A stretch of 64,000 nt of DNA from Verrucomicrobiota bacterium (GTDB lineage Bacteria; Verrucomicrobiota; Verrucomicrobiia; Opitutales; Coraliomargaritaceae). The position numbers were made by a program, and so were the translations under genes. Positions 55,345 to 64,000 of this stretch are shown in pieces. Positions within the stretch are counted from its first letter, which is position 1, and every line of letters starts with the position of its first letter. The notes beneath the pieces are model-generated. The model saw nothing but the letters and a program-made list of their open reading frames with translations. It was not told where the DNA came from and did no database searches. The stretch is from the NCBI GenBank assembly GCA_039815375.1, contig JBCBZJ010000003.1, forward strand, positions 1-64,000, given 5' to 3'.

Positions 55345-57828
55345 ATGGGTAGACGAGGTTCAGATTCTCTTGGTCGTAGAACCAGGTCTAAAGATGGAAA
55401 GGCCTCATCGCATAAGCGGACAAAAAGTGTTGTCCCGACCTCCTCATTCAGTAAGCTAACGCCGTCCCGCGCTTCCATAAACCTAGAATTGGAAGACCGG
55501 AAGCGCGAGCCTTCTCAATGGCTCTTTTTTCTCCCAGGCTTAATTGGGGTGATGCTGCTATTCTTCTTCGAAGTTCAGCATTTTGCCAATGTTATGGCTT
55601 TCGGTCTCGCCATGTCGGGGATCTCGCTGGTCCTTTACCCGCCCACCCGCAGTCCCGGGATTTGGATAGATCGTGCTGTTGTTGCTCTTCTTGTCTGCTT
55701 TCTTTTTGCTTTCATACCTCAGTTTTATTGGTCGGATCCTGCGTGGCGGGTAGATGCGGTGGAGTCTTTCGGCATCGACCTGCCGTCACTGCTTTCGATT
55801 CAGCCGATGATAAGCTTGGAGACCTGGGTTTCTGCGGTGGCTGCTTTCGCTTGGCTCTATGCAGCCAACTCGTGGCCAATTAATCACAGTGGGCGTAGGT
55901 GGGTTTTCCTTATCAGCTCGCTGGTTTCCGGAGTCTTCGCGGTTTTTGTGATTTGGGAATATGTGATCTTTGATTCTGATACCTCAGGTGAAGTGCTGCA
56001 GGTATCCGGGTACTTTACGAACCCGAGCCGGAGTGTCGCTTTTTTAGCGATCAGCGGGGTGGTCGCATTCACTTATGCGATGAGTAATCTGCGGGCTCGT
56101 TTGTTCGCGCCTTTCGTTGGAATACTTGTATCTGCTGCCTGTTTGTTTGCGATGATTTGGGCCATCGATCACGTTGCGTTATTTGTATTTCTCGCGGGCA
56201 TCTTCACCTGGTTCTTCCTGCAGTTCCGATCCGTAGGTGTATCACGGGTTTTAAGGATTTGTTTTTTACTAGTGCTGCTCGCGTTTACTTTCTTTATCAG
56301 TGCGCATAGCGGTACGAAGGAACGTGTTGTGGATTTTATCACGATGTCTGGAGGTTGGGCCAAAGAGCCGCACATTCCGGTTTATGCCGATGCTATTGAT
56401 ATGATTCTGGATGCGCCGCTAACAGGAATTGGGCTAGGTAACTTTGACGCGGTTTTTCCTCAGTATCGCGAGCATTCTCTAAATCATCTGAAATTTGTTC
56501 ATCCGGATAGCGACTTGTTGCGGCTTACGGCTGAGGCCGGCCTTCTTGGCCTTCTATTGTTCGTGGGCTTTGTTGTCGCCTTTGGTTGGCATTGCCGTGG
56601 ATTCACCGTCGGGCGAAGTGGGGTCTACCGGCTTATTGCGATGGTTGCTGTGGTTGCCTTCCTGGCACAAACTTTAGTCGACACGCCTGCCCGTAGTCCT
56701 GGAACGCTTTATCTGACTATCGTTTTTGCAGCCTTGGCGCTCCCTCGAAAAAACCAGAAACGGACCTCGTTTAATCCAGTCATTTGGCGTTCGATTGGCG
56801 GCCTATTAATTGGTTTTGCAGGTTTTTGGGCACTGACTGGAACGAGTGATTTGCCCCTCTACTCGAGCACTGCAGCCAAACAACGCAGTGCAGAGGAGAA
56901 TCTTGCCTCTGCAGACTATGAAAAATGGCTTCATGCACAGGACCAGTGGATTGCTCGGAAGCCTCTTGATTGGCGTGCGTATTCTGAGCGGGGCAAGATT
57001 TTGCTGATCGATCCTGCTATGCAGGAAGAAGCGGATGAAGCGTTTCGCCAGGCGCGTTTTGTCGAGCCGACATTAGGGATAGTGCCCTATGAGGAAGGAT
57101 TCGCCTGGCTACCGCATGATCAAGTTCGTGCGCTGAATGCGTGGCGTGAGAGCTTTAATCGCGAGCTCGAAGATCCCGAAACAGCTTTTCGAGAAATAAT
57201 CGATGCTGTGAAGGAGGCAGAATTGATGGATGGACTTTCCAAGATGTCCGAAATGAATGCGGACCAGCGGACGATTTTTTTGCTTAGCCAAAAGCCTACC
57301 CGATTTCTTATCGAGTTGCAGAGAGAGTTGAAAGAGGATCCTGCCCTGGCAGGCTTTTCGCGTTTGCAGCGCGATCAAATCCTTGAAAAGTGGATCACTC
57401 AAGCTGACGAGTTGAGAGACGCGGAGGCCTTTATCATGAATCATGGTGAAGGATTACGGCGACCTTGGTGGCTCTTGTCTCTATTGAGGAAAGAAGAGAT
57501 CAGGTTTGAGGAGGCGGTTGATCTTATACGAGAGGTGATTGATGCACCGATGATTCCTCCAAGTAAGATTAAGCAAGTTCGGATGGAGCGCCTCACCCGT
57601 GAGTTTACCCTAACGCCGAGCGATATCATGAAGGGCACAGCACTCCTTCAGATTTACCTCAATAGTGGGGATTATTCATCTGTATTTGAAGTTGCCGATA
57701 TCATGATGCGCGCCAGTGAAGAAGTTCCGCCTTACGTGACTTATTGGAAAGCGGAGAGCCTCTATCGACTCAATGAATACATCGAGAGTTGGCATGCCTT
57801 CGAAACTTACCTCAAACAGACTTGGTAG
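55345..57828 (+). CDS. O-antigen ligase family membrane protein with a helical C-terminus
   Basis: Many TMs, [15 protein letters not shown] and HPDSD.L..AEAG motifs. Confidence 0.85.
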
Positions 57829-57835
57829 AGAATAG

Positions 57836-57910
<75 letters not shown>

Positions 57911-58015
57911 GTCCAAAAAGAAGAGTGTGGAGAAAATATCCCACTTTCTTGAAGTCAAGCCTAGGCGCTGTGCTTTTTAAGGCGACATCTATTTTTCGGC
58001 TGCTTGTATATTGGT

Positions 58016-58609
58016 ATGTTTACGGGAATTGTAGAAGAAACGGGGATCGTGACGTCGTTCGAAGAGCGCGAGTCGGCTTGGCGCCTGGTGCTTGAAGCGC
58101 ATGAAGTCACGAAGGGTCTGGCACTTGGCGATAGTGTGGCGGTGAATGGCTGTTGCTTAACGGTCGTCGATTTCTCAGACAGCAGGCTGGAGTTTGACCT
58201 TCTGGCTGAGAGTGTGCGGCTCACATCAATCAACGGCATTGGCCCTGGAGGCAAAGTGAATTTGGAGCGTGCACTGCTGCCAAGCACACGTATGGGAGGG
58301 CATTTCGTGTCCGGTCATGTCGATGGCACCGGTGTGATTGAAGCGATTGAGCCTCGTGGCAAGGATTTCTTTTTTCGGATCAAGCCGCCTGCGGATGGCA
58401 TGAAATATCTCGTCCACAAAGGATGTATCACGGTGGATGGGATTTCTCTAACGGTGGCGGAAGTCGATCATGCCGGTTTTGCGATCTGGCTGATACCGCA
58501 CACCATGAAAGTTACGAATTTGCATGCGAAGCAGCCTGGTGATCTGGTTAACCTCGAGTTCGACCTGATTGCGAAATATGTAGAGAAGCTCTTTCAACCG
58601 GCCGATTAA
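58016..58609 (+). CDS. ribE: Riboflavin synthase alpha chain
   Basis: [30 protein letters not shown] and VDGISLT motifs. Confidence 0.97.
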
Positions 58610-59130
58610 GCGGCCTTGAGCAAGTCCACCGCTTTCGCGATTTGCTTTCGGTGAAGCATGAGGTGGAAGCCGAACATACAATGCCACTGGTGGGCATTGA
58701 AGTTTCCGAATATCGGGTGAGGAAATATAGTTTGGCTGTCCAAGCTTTCCAGCGGCTCGACTACGGCAAAGTATTGTTTGACGGACTCTTCGAAGGCTTC
58801 GATTTGATCAGCACCCGCATCGGCGGATGGCATGACATCGGTCTTGGGATTGAAATTGGTAACAACCGGTTCCTCTTTTGCCAGTGTTTGAACAATCCTG
58901 GTGATCGAGTGATTGACGATAGTATTGTGCTCTAAGGTTTGGCAAACGGACCAATCGCGCATGTCTTCATCGATGCCGATCATTTTCGGGACGCGGATCT
59001 TTTCTTCGGCAAGGGGTGCATGCAGTTCTCGGGCGAGCTCAAGTGTAAGTGTAGTTTCCTTTCGAATGGTTGCATCTGCGGAGGTCCGTGAGCTGAGGCG
59101 GAACTTGTTTCGAATGATTAGGGCGAGCAT
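58606..59130 (-). CDS. DinB-family protein
   Basis: WSVCQTLEH and HPIFG...W...H...H..QI metal-binding histidines. Confidence 0.8.
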   Translation of the reverse strand: MLALIIRNKFRLSSRTSADATIRKETTLTLELARELHAPLAEEKIRVPKMIGIDEDMRDWSVCQTLEHNTIVNHSITRIVQTLAKEEPVVTNFNPKTDVMPSADAGADQIEAFEESVKQYFAVVEPLESLDSQTIFPHPIFGNFNAHQWHCMFGFHLMLHRKQIAKAVDLLKAA

Positions 59131-59144
59131 AGGAAGAGGTCGGA

Positions 59145-59792
59145 CTAAACAAGTTCTTCCTTACTGGTAATTTGCATCGACTTGAAGAGTAAGCCCGCGG
59201 CGATTGCAGCCAGAATTTGGACTACGGCGTATGGCATTAGGCTAGTCCACGAAAGGAAGCCATTGATACAAAGTGCGAGCGTTACAGCAGGATTGAATGC
59301 CGCGAACGAAATCGGGCCAACCGCATAGGCACCCGCACCGACTATCGATCCGATCGCAATGCCGTAGAAGGCATTGCCTCTGGTGCCTTGTGCAATCGCG
59401 ACGTTCAGGATGACCCACATCAGGGAGAAAGTGAAAAGGAATTCTGCGATGAGAACCCTTGACCATTCTGGTTCTTTGAGGGCGATTGTTTCCAAGCCGT
59501 CCGGGTAGAGGAAGGGCAAGGTCAAGGCGGCTGTGATCGCTCCTATGAAAATGACGATGAAGTAGGGAAGTATCGCCTTTGCCTCGTGCGTGCCGGCGCA
59601 GAAGTAAGTCACTGTTGTAGCAGGATTAAAATGCGCCTTCGAAATATGCCCGCAGGAATAGACTAGTGCAGCGAGGCCGATAGCAACTGCGATCGGCGTG
59701 AATTCACCGGCTCCGGGCGGAAAATTACAAGCGCCTATGATCACATAAAGAAAGTAGGTGCCAATGAACTCTGCGATCAGTTTGTTGCGCAT
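59145..59792 (-). CDS. MIP/aquaporin family channel
   Basis: AEFIGT and two NPA motifs (HFNPA, AFNPA). Confidence 0.93.
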   Translation of the reverse strand: MRNKLIAEFIGTYFLYVIIGACNFPPGAGEFTPIAVAIGLAALVYSCGHISKAHFNPATTVTYFCAGTHEAKAILPYFIVIFIGAITAALTLPFLYPDGLETIALKEPEWSRVLIAEFLFTFSLMWVILNVAIAQGTRGNAFYGIAIGSIVGAGAYAVGPISFAAFNPAVTLALCINGFLSWTSLMPYAVVQILAAIAAGLLFKSMQITSKEELV

Positions 59793-59804
59793 AAAATTTA
59801 AGAA

Positions 59805-60248
59805 CTATTTACTCGCCATATTGGCTTCGCGGTAGCCGCTGGCGTAGGCTTCGAAGACGAGTTTGATTTGATCTCGGATACGGCGGAATGCATCCATTTC
59901 GGTTTCGCCTTCACGGATCGCGTGTGGCGGATCCTCAAAACCCCAGTGGTAGCGATTCACCATTCCGGGGAAGCTGGGGCAAGCCTGGTCGGCGTTGCCG
60001 CAGACTGTGATGACTGTGGTGATGCCTGCGCCAAGATACGCATCCAGATGGTCGGAAGTATGGGCGCTGGCATCGTAGCCGATCTCCTTGAGTGCCTCGA
60101 TGGCGAGTGGATGCACTTCTCCCTTAGGTTGCGAGCCTGCGCTGTAGACTTCAAAGAGATCGCCAGCAGCGGCGCGAAGAATGCCTTCAGCCATATGGCT
60201 GCGGCAAGAGTTGCCGGTGCAGAGGATGAGAACCTTTGGTTTTTCCAT
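59805..60248 (-). CDS. arsC: Thioredoxin-type arsenate reductase
   Basis: CTGNSCRS P-loop and the TVC..ADQACP redox cysteines. Confidence 0.92.
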   Translation of the reverse strand: MEKPKVLILCTGNSCRSHMAEGILRAAAGDLFEVYSAGSQPKGEVHPLAIEALKEIGYDASAHTSDHLDAYLGAGITTVITVCGNADQACPSFPGMVNRYHWGFEDPPHAIREGETEMDAFRRIRDQIKLVFEAYASGYREANMASK

Positions 60249-60285
60249 AGTTTTGAGATACTTTTTTTAAATGTTCAAAGTTGGT

Positions 60286-61236
60286 TTATAAAAATCGCGC
60301 AAGTGCGTTGAGGAGGTAGCCGGTGAAGATGATGGCCAGAGTGGTAATGCCGAAATAGATTGCTATGAGCTGAAGGCGCATCGTCCGGCGCAGCATGATC
60401 GCTTCAGGCAAACTCAGTGCGGCCATGGCCATCATAAAAGCCAGAGCGGTTCCAAGCGGGATACCTTTTTGAAAAAGAACAACTGCAACTGGAACGATCG
60501 CTGCACAGCTACCATACATGGGCACACCCAGAGTGGTCGCAATCGGGACAGAGAAGATGCCTGTTGCCGCCATCAGTCCATGGATTGTTTCCTGCGGGAT
60601 GTAGTTATGGATAAAGGCACCGATGCCTACGCCGACAATGACCCAGAGCCAGATCTGCCGGATGACAGTGACGGATTCCTGAACACCTGCATTTAAGCGT
60701 GTTATCAGAGTATGGGATGCGGGCCCTTCGTCGGCAGCTGCATCGCTCATGTCTTTCTCAAGGAATTTGCCTAAATTCATTTTACCAAGAAAAGCACCTG
60801 AGAGTGTCCCGATCAGAAGACCGCTTCCGACATACGCGATGGTTACGGGAGCACCGAATTCACCGATCATTAGGATTACCAGATACTCGTTGATGATCGG
60901 CGAAGTGATAAGGAAGGAAAAGGTCACTCCCAGAGGCACGCCAGCTTTCAACAAACTGATAAAGATGGGAATCGACGAGCAGGAGCAGAAGGGTGTGATC
61001 GCGCCAAAGAGTGCAGCGATGAAATTGCCCACCATACCCCCCTTGCTCATCCACGATTTCAAGCGGTGCTGCGGCAGCCAGGTGCGAAGAAAACCGACCA
61101 GAAAGATCATCACTGCAAGCAGCAGGAAGATTTTTACACTGTCGTAGACAAAGAAATGCAGTGCAGCCCCGAGTTTTGTATCGGGGTCGAGTCCGCATAA
61201 TTGATAAATCAAAAGGTCTGCAAAGCTTAGCAGCAT
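60286..61236 (-). CDS. ArsP/DUF318 family permease
   Basis: [10 protein letters not shown] and ALSLPE motifs; ars operon context. Confidence 0.88.
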   Translation of the reverse strand: MLLSFADLLIYQLCGLDPDTKLGAALHFFVYDSVKIFLLLAVMIFLVGFLRTWLPQHRLKSWMSKGGMVGNFIAALFGAITPFCSCSSIPIFISLLKAGVPLGVTFSFLITSPIINEYLVILMIGEFGAPVTIAYVGSGLLIGTLSGAFLGKMNLGKFLEKDMSDAAADEGPASHTLITRLNAGVQESVTVIRQIWLWVIVGVGIGAFIHNYIPQETIHGLMAATGIFSVPIATTLGVPMYGSCAAIVPVAVVLFQKGIPLGTALAFMMAMAALSLPEAIMLRRTMRLQLIAIYFGITTLAIIFTGYLLNALARFL

Positions 61237-61400
61237 TTTCCGCCCTTACCGTCGCTTTCGCCGCAACAGTTGTTTTGGGCCTTTGCATCGGCTTGCTCCT
61301 TCATGGATTGATCCAGCTTGGTAAAGATACGCTGGAAAAAACCGGGCTTCTCGGTGCTGCCTTCAGCAGCCTTTGGTTCAGATGTCTTTTCTTCGTTCAT
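61227..61400 (-). CDS. 57-aa peptide with two vicinal Cys pairs
   Basis: MNEEK...[15 protein letters not shown]; lies between arsR and the permease and overlaps the permease start. Confidence 0.75.
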   Translation of the reverse strand: MNEEKTSEPKAAEGSTEKPGFFQRIFTKLDQSMKEQADAKAQNNCCGESDGKGGKCC

Positions 61401-61414
61401 AATGGTTTGAAGGT

Positions 61415-61798
61415 TTAACAACAGCCGATCGTCTCACAGACTGGTTCCGGACAATCAAAGGGGTTGTTGGTGAGCTGCTTGACTAACTTCTCGCGAGCTT
61501 TGAGATCAGACCTCAAATCGTCGCACTCATCGCAGTTGGCTTCTCTCAGGTAGTGAAGGTTTGCTTTCAGCAGGCCGTCGATAGGCTCTTTCAAGTTGTA
61601 AATCATCCAGGTCCCTTCGCGGGTCGATGCGATGAGCCCGGCTTGTTTCATCGTGGCCAGCTGCTTGGACATCTTTACCTGGGTGGCGTTAAGAATTTCC
61701 TGTAGGTGGCAGACACACAGCGGACCGGCATCCAGCAGATTAAGTATGCGGAGTCGCTGCGAGTCGGCAATGCACTTGAGTATTTCTGATGCTGTCAC
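61415..61798 (-). CDS. arsR: ArsR/SmtB family repressor
   Basis: [17 protein letters not shown] and a Cys-rich C-terminus ending GCC; probable GTG start at 61798. Confidence 0.92.
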   Translation of the reverse strand: MTASEILKCIADSQRLRILNLLDAGPLCVCHLQEILNATQVKMSKQLATMKQAGLIASTREGTWMIYNLKEPIDGLLKANLHYLREANCDECDDLRSDLKAREKLVKQLTNNPFDCPEPVCETIGCC

Positions 61799-61804
61799 GG
61801 TGCC

Positions 61805-61835
61805 AATATATTCCAAATTGAGTATATACTGTCAA
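61805..61835 (-). promoter_or_regulatory. ars promoter with a palindromic operator candidate
   Basis: On the minus strand, TTGACA (61835-61830) and TATATT (61810-61805), with the perfect palindrome AGTATATACT at 61821-61830. Confidence 0.6.
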
Positions 61836-61933
61836 TGGTATGTATTCAGTCTGCCGGTTTTTATTCTGGCGCGATATTGAACGGCTGTGCTTATCTTCTG
61901 TCTGTTTCTGAAAATGCTACTTCCAAAGAGCCG

Positions 61934-62665
61934 ATGAGTTTGAGTTTCCTTTTTGAATCCCTTTTATTCCAAGCCAGTTCTGGCCCTAATGTCTTCACTT
62001 ACTTTGCGCAGTCGAATTTTGCAGGGAAGGTGGTCATCCTCATCCTCGGCATTTGTAGCATTATCGCATGGACGGTAATGCTTGGCAAATACCTCGACCT
62101 TTCGAAGCTGCGCTCGCAGAACCAGCGCTACGAACGTTTGCTCAGTAAGGAGTCACACCTGCTTGCACTGGACTCGGAGCGCCCTGGCAAAGGGAGCGGA
62201 CCATACTACAATATTGTTCGTGAAGCGATTGAGGCTTTTTTTCGTTACGGTGGTGATGTTGCCTCGCCGGATACGCATCGTGCGACTCTTCGCATGGGGC
62301 ATGTGGAAAATGCGCTCCAGAGGGGTGTCGCTGAGCAGATTATTCGCTATGAGGCGAAGATGGTCTTGCTCGGTTCTATTGTCACGGGCGCACCCTTTCT
62401 TGGTCTACTTGGGACGGTCTGGGGTGTGATGGATGCTTTCGGCGGTATGGCGGGAGCTGGTTCGGCGAGTTTGCAGAGCCTTGCGCCGGGTGTTTCAGGC
62501 GCTTTGCTGACTACCGTGGCGGGTCTCGTCGTTGCGATTCCCTCGGTATTCGGTTACAACTATTTGCTGCAGCAGACCAAGATCGCGGTTGTCGAGTTGG
62601 AGAACTTTGCCAGCACCGTCGCTGATCGTATTGAGCTCGAATCACAAGCGGCTTCGAACCAGTAG
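61934..62665 (+). CDS. MotA/TolQ/ExbB proton channel
   Basis: APFLGLLGTVWG and ALLTTVAGLVVAIPS motifs. Confidence 0.95.
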   Translation: MSLSFLFESLLFQASSGPNVFTYFAQSNFAGKVVILILGICSIIAWTVMLGKYLDLSKLRSQNQRYERLLSKESHLLALDSERPGKGSGPYYNIVREAIEAFFRYGGDVASPDTHRATLRMGHVENALQRGVAEQIIRYEAKMVLLGSIVTGAPFLGLLGTVWGVMDAFGGMAGAGSASLQSLAPGVSGALLTTVAGLVVAIPSVFGYNYLLQQTKIAVVELENFASTVADRIELESQAASNQ

Positions 62666-62668
62666 CGC

Positions 62669-63082
62669 ATGGCACGAAACTTCCATCGCAAGGACCGGCT
62701 TTCCGCACTGACGGAGATCAACGTTACTCCGTTGATCGACTTAGCCTTTGCGCTCTTGATTATCTTCATGATCACGACGCCGCTATTGGAACAGACCATC
62801 GAAGTGAATCTTCCGGTCGAGGCGTCCAGGCCTCAGCCCGAAGATCGCGATGACTTCCAAGCAGTTTCGATAGACCAGGCAGGCCTTTACTACTGGGGAG
62901 AGGAGCAAGTTTCCAAGCAGCAACTAGGTGACCTCCTCGATACTATGGCGATGAATCCCGCGCCGCCTGTGCTTAGCATCCGTGCCGATGCAAGCCTGAC
63001 GTATCAGAGGGTGATTACAGTTATCGATATGATTAAACAACGTAAGCTTTCCAGGATCAGCTTGGATACAAAGGTCGACTGA
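62669..63082 (+). CDS. ExbD/TolR family protein
   Basis: EINVTPLIDL..LLIIFM and IRAD motifs. Confidence 0.95.
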   Translation: MARNFHRKDRLSALTEINVTPLIDLAFALLIIFMITTPLLEQTIEVNLPVEASRPQPEDRDDFQAVSIDQAGLYYWGEEQVSKQQLGDLLDTMAMNPAPPVLSIRADASLTYQRVITVIDMIKQRKLSRISLDTKVD

Positions 63083-63828
63083 TGAAGCTACCCAAAGACC
63101 AGCCCTTTTGGACTTCGGTTATCCTCCACGTTGTGGTGCTTCTGGGCCTTTTCCTCGCGACGGTCGTTCAAGCGTTTAAACCAAAAGAGAAGCCGCATGT
63201 CTTCGTGGTGGTGACTTCGCCGACAGAGCAGGTAACTGATTCGAGCGTGCAGCCAGCTCCTCCGCTGCCTGATATAGCTCTGCCCGACTTGCCGCCCGTT
63301 CCCGATCTGGTGGAACCGGTTGAGCAGACACCTACCCCCATACCTCAGCCGCCTGCGCCTGCTCCTGCGCCTCGAATGATGACGGAACGTGAATTTCAGG
63401 AACAGTTCGGAACCCCTGAGCCGAGGCAGCAAAGACGCGCGACACCAACTCGATCCAATATCAGCGCTCCTCGAATTGATGTGCCGGAGCTGTTTATACC
63501 TTCCAGCCCCTCACCCAGCAATCCGCAGCCGCAACAACTAACACCCCAGCAGATGTCCGCCCTCGGCACTTACAGCGCCCAGTTGCGCTCCCGGATAGAT
63601 CTAGCCTGGGCCAAGCCAGCGAACCTTGCAGGGGTGAAGATTCTGGCGACGGTCATGTTTGACGTATCAGCGTCCGGGCGCATCACCAATGCGCGTCTTC
63701 GGCCAAATTCGGGGAATACTTCCTTTGACCAATCCGTTCTCGCCGCGTTTCGAAAAGTGGTCTCCGCGGGCCCGACACCGACTGGGCAGGCTCACACTTT
63801 TACCATGACCTTCCGAATGCAGGACTGA
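63082..63828 (+). CDS. TolA/TonB family protein
   Basis: SVILH TM, Pro-rich linker and C-terminal SGNTSFDQSV. Confidence 0.88.
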   Translation: MKLPKDQPFWTSVILHVVVLLGLFLATVVQAFKPKEKPHVFVVVTSPTEQVTDSSVQPAPPLPDIALPDLPPVPDLVEPVEQTPTPIPQPPAPAPAPRMMTEREFQEQFGTPEPRQQRRATPTRSNISAPRIDVPELFIPSSPSPSNPQPQQLTPQQMSALGTYSAQLRSRIDLAWAKPANLAGVKILATVMFDVSASGRITNARLRPNSGNTSFDQSVLAAFRKVVSAGPTPTGQAHTFTMTFRMQD

Positions 63829-64000
63829 TCCAACAGCATCAAATTGATCATAGAACAAGCTGAGGCTAATTCGAACAATGCTAACGGACTTCTAAAGCGT
63901 CCTCCTGAATAACGTAAGTTTCTTTTTTACAATGCACATTTCTTAAACGTGCCGACAGAAATGGGGTTCGCACATTCCTGAGTTGACCAAGGCATATGGC

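Overview
Bacterial chromosomal window, probably from a Verrucomicrobiota (Opitutae/Puniceicoccaceae-like) organism. This assignment is inferred from a PEP-CTERM protein, a TIGR02597-like protein and general gene content. Most of the window is housekeeping: tyrS, mreBCD-mrdA-lnt, a sigma-70 factor, trpE, purKE, recA, glyA, surE, tal, argG, pyk, folE2, rodZ, prmA, purN, dnaJ-grpE, dsbD, obgE, recD2, a tRNA(CAT), riboflavin synthase and tolQRA/exbBD-tonB-like genes. Five accessory patches interrupt it. (1) 1.4-3.0 kb: a TAG-interrupted secreted ORF coupled to a membrane-anchored protein. (2) 22.5-27.0 kb: a decayed PKD-Rhs gene whose intact 3' part carries a GIY-YIG-like toxin tip, an LRR immunity candidate and a Y1 HUH (RAYT-like) transposase bounded by 27-bp terminal inverted repeats. 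This is the most unusual locus. (3) 28.5-33.8 kb: an orphan GspF/PilC, two LolA-like paralogues, a TIGR02597-like protein and a PEP-CTERM protein. (4) 39-42 kb: a large AT-rich TPR-like gene. (5) 58.6-61.8 kb: an arsenic-resistance operon containing a tiny double-CC peptide. All family calls come from motif recognition by eye; no database searches were run.
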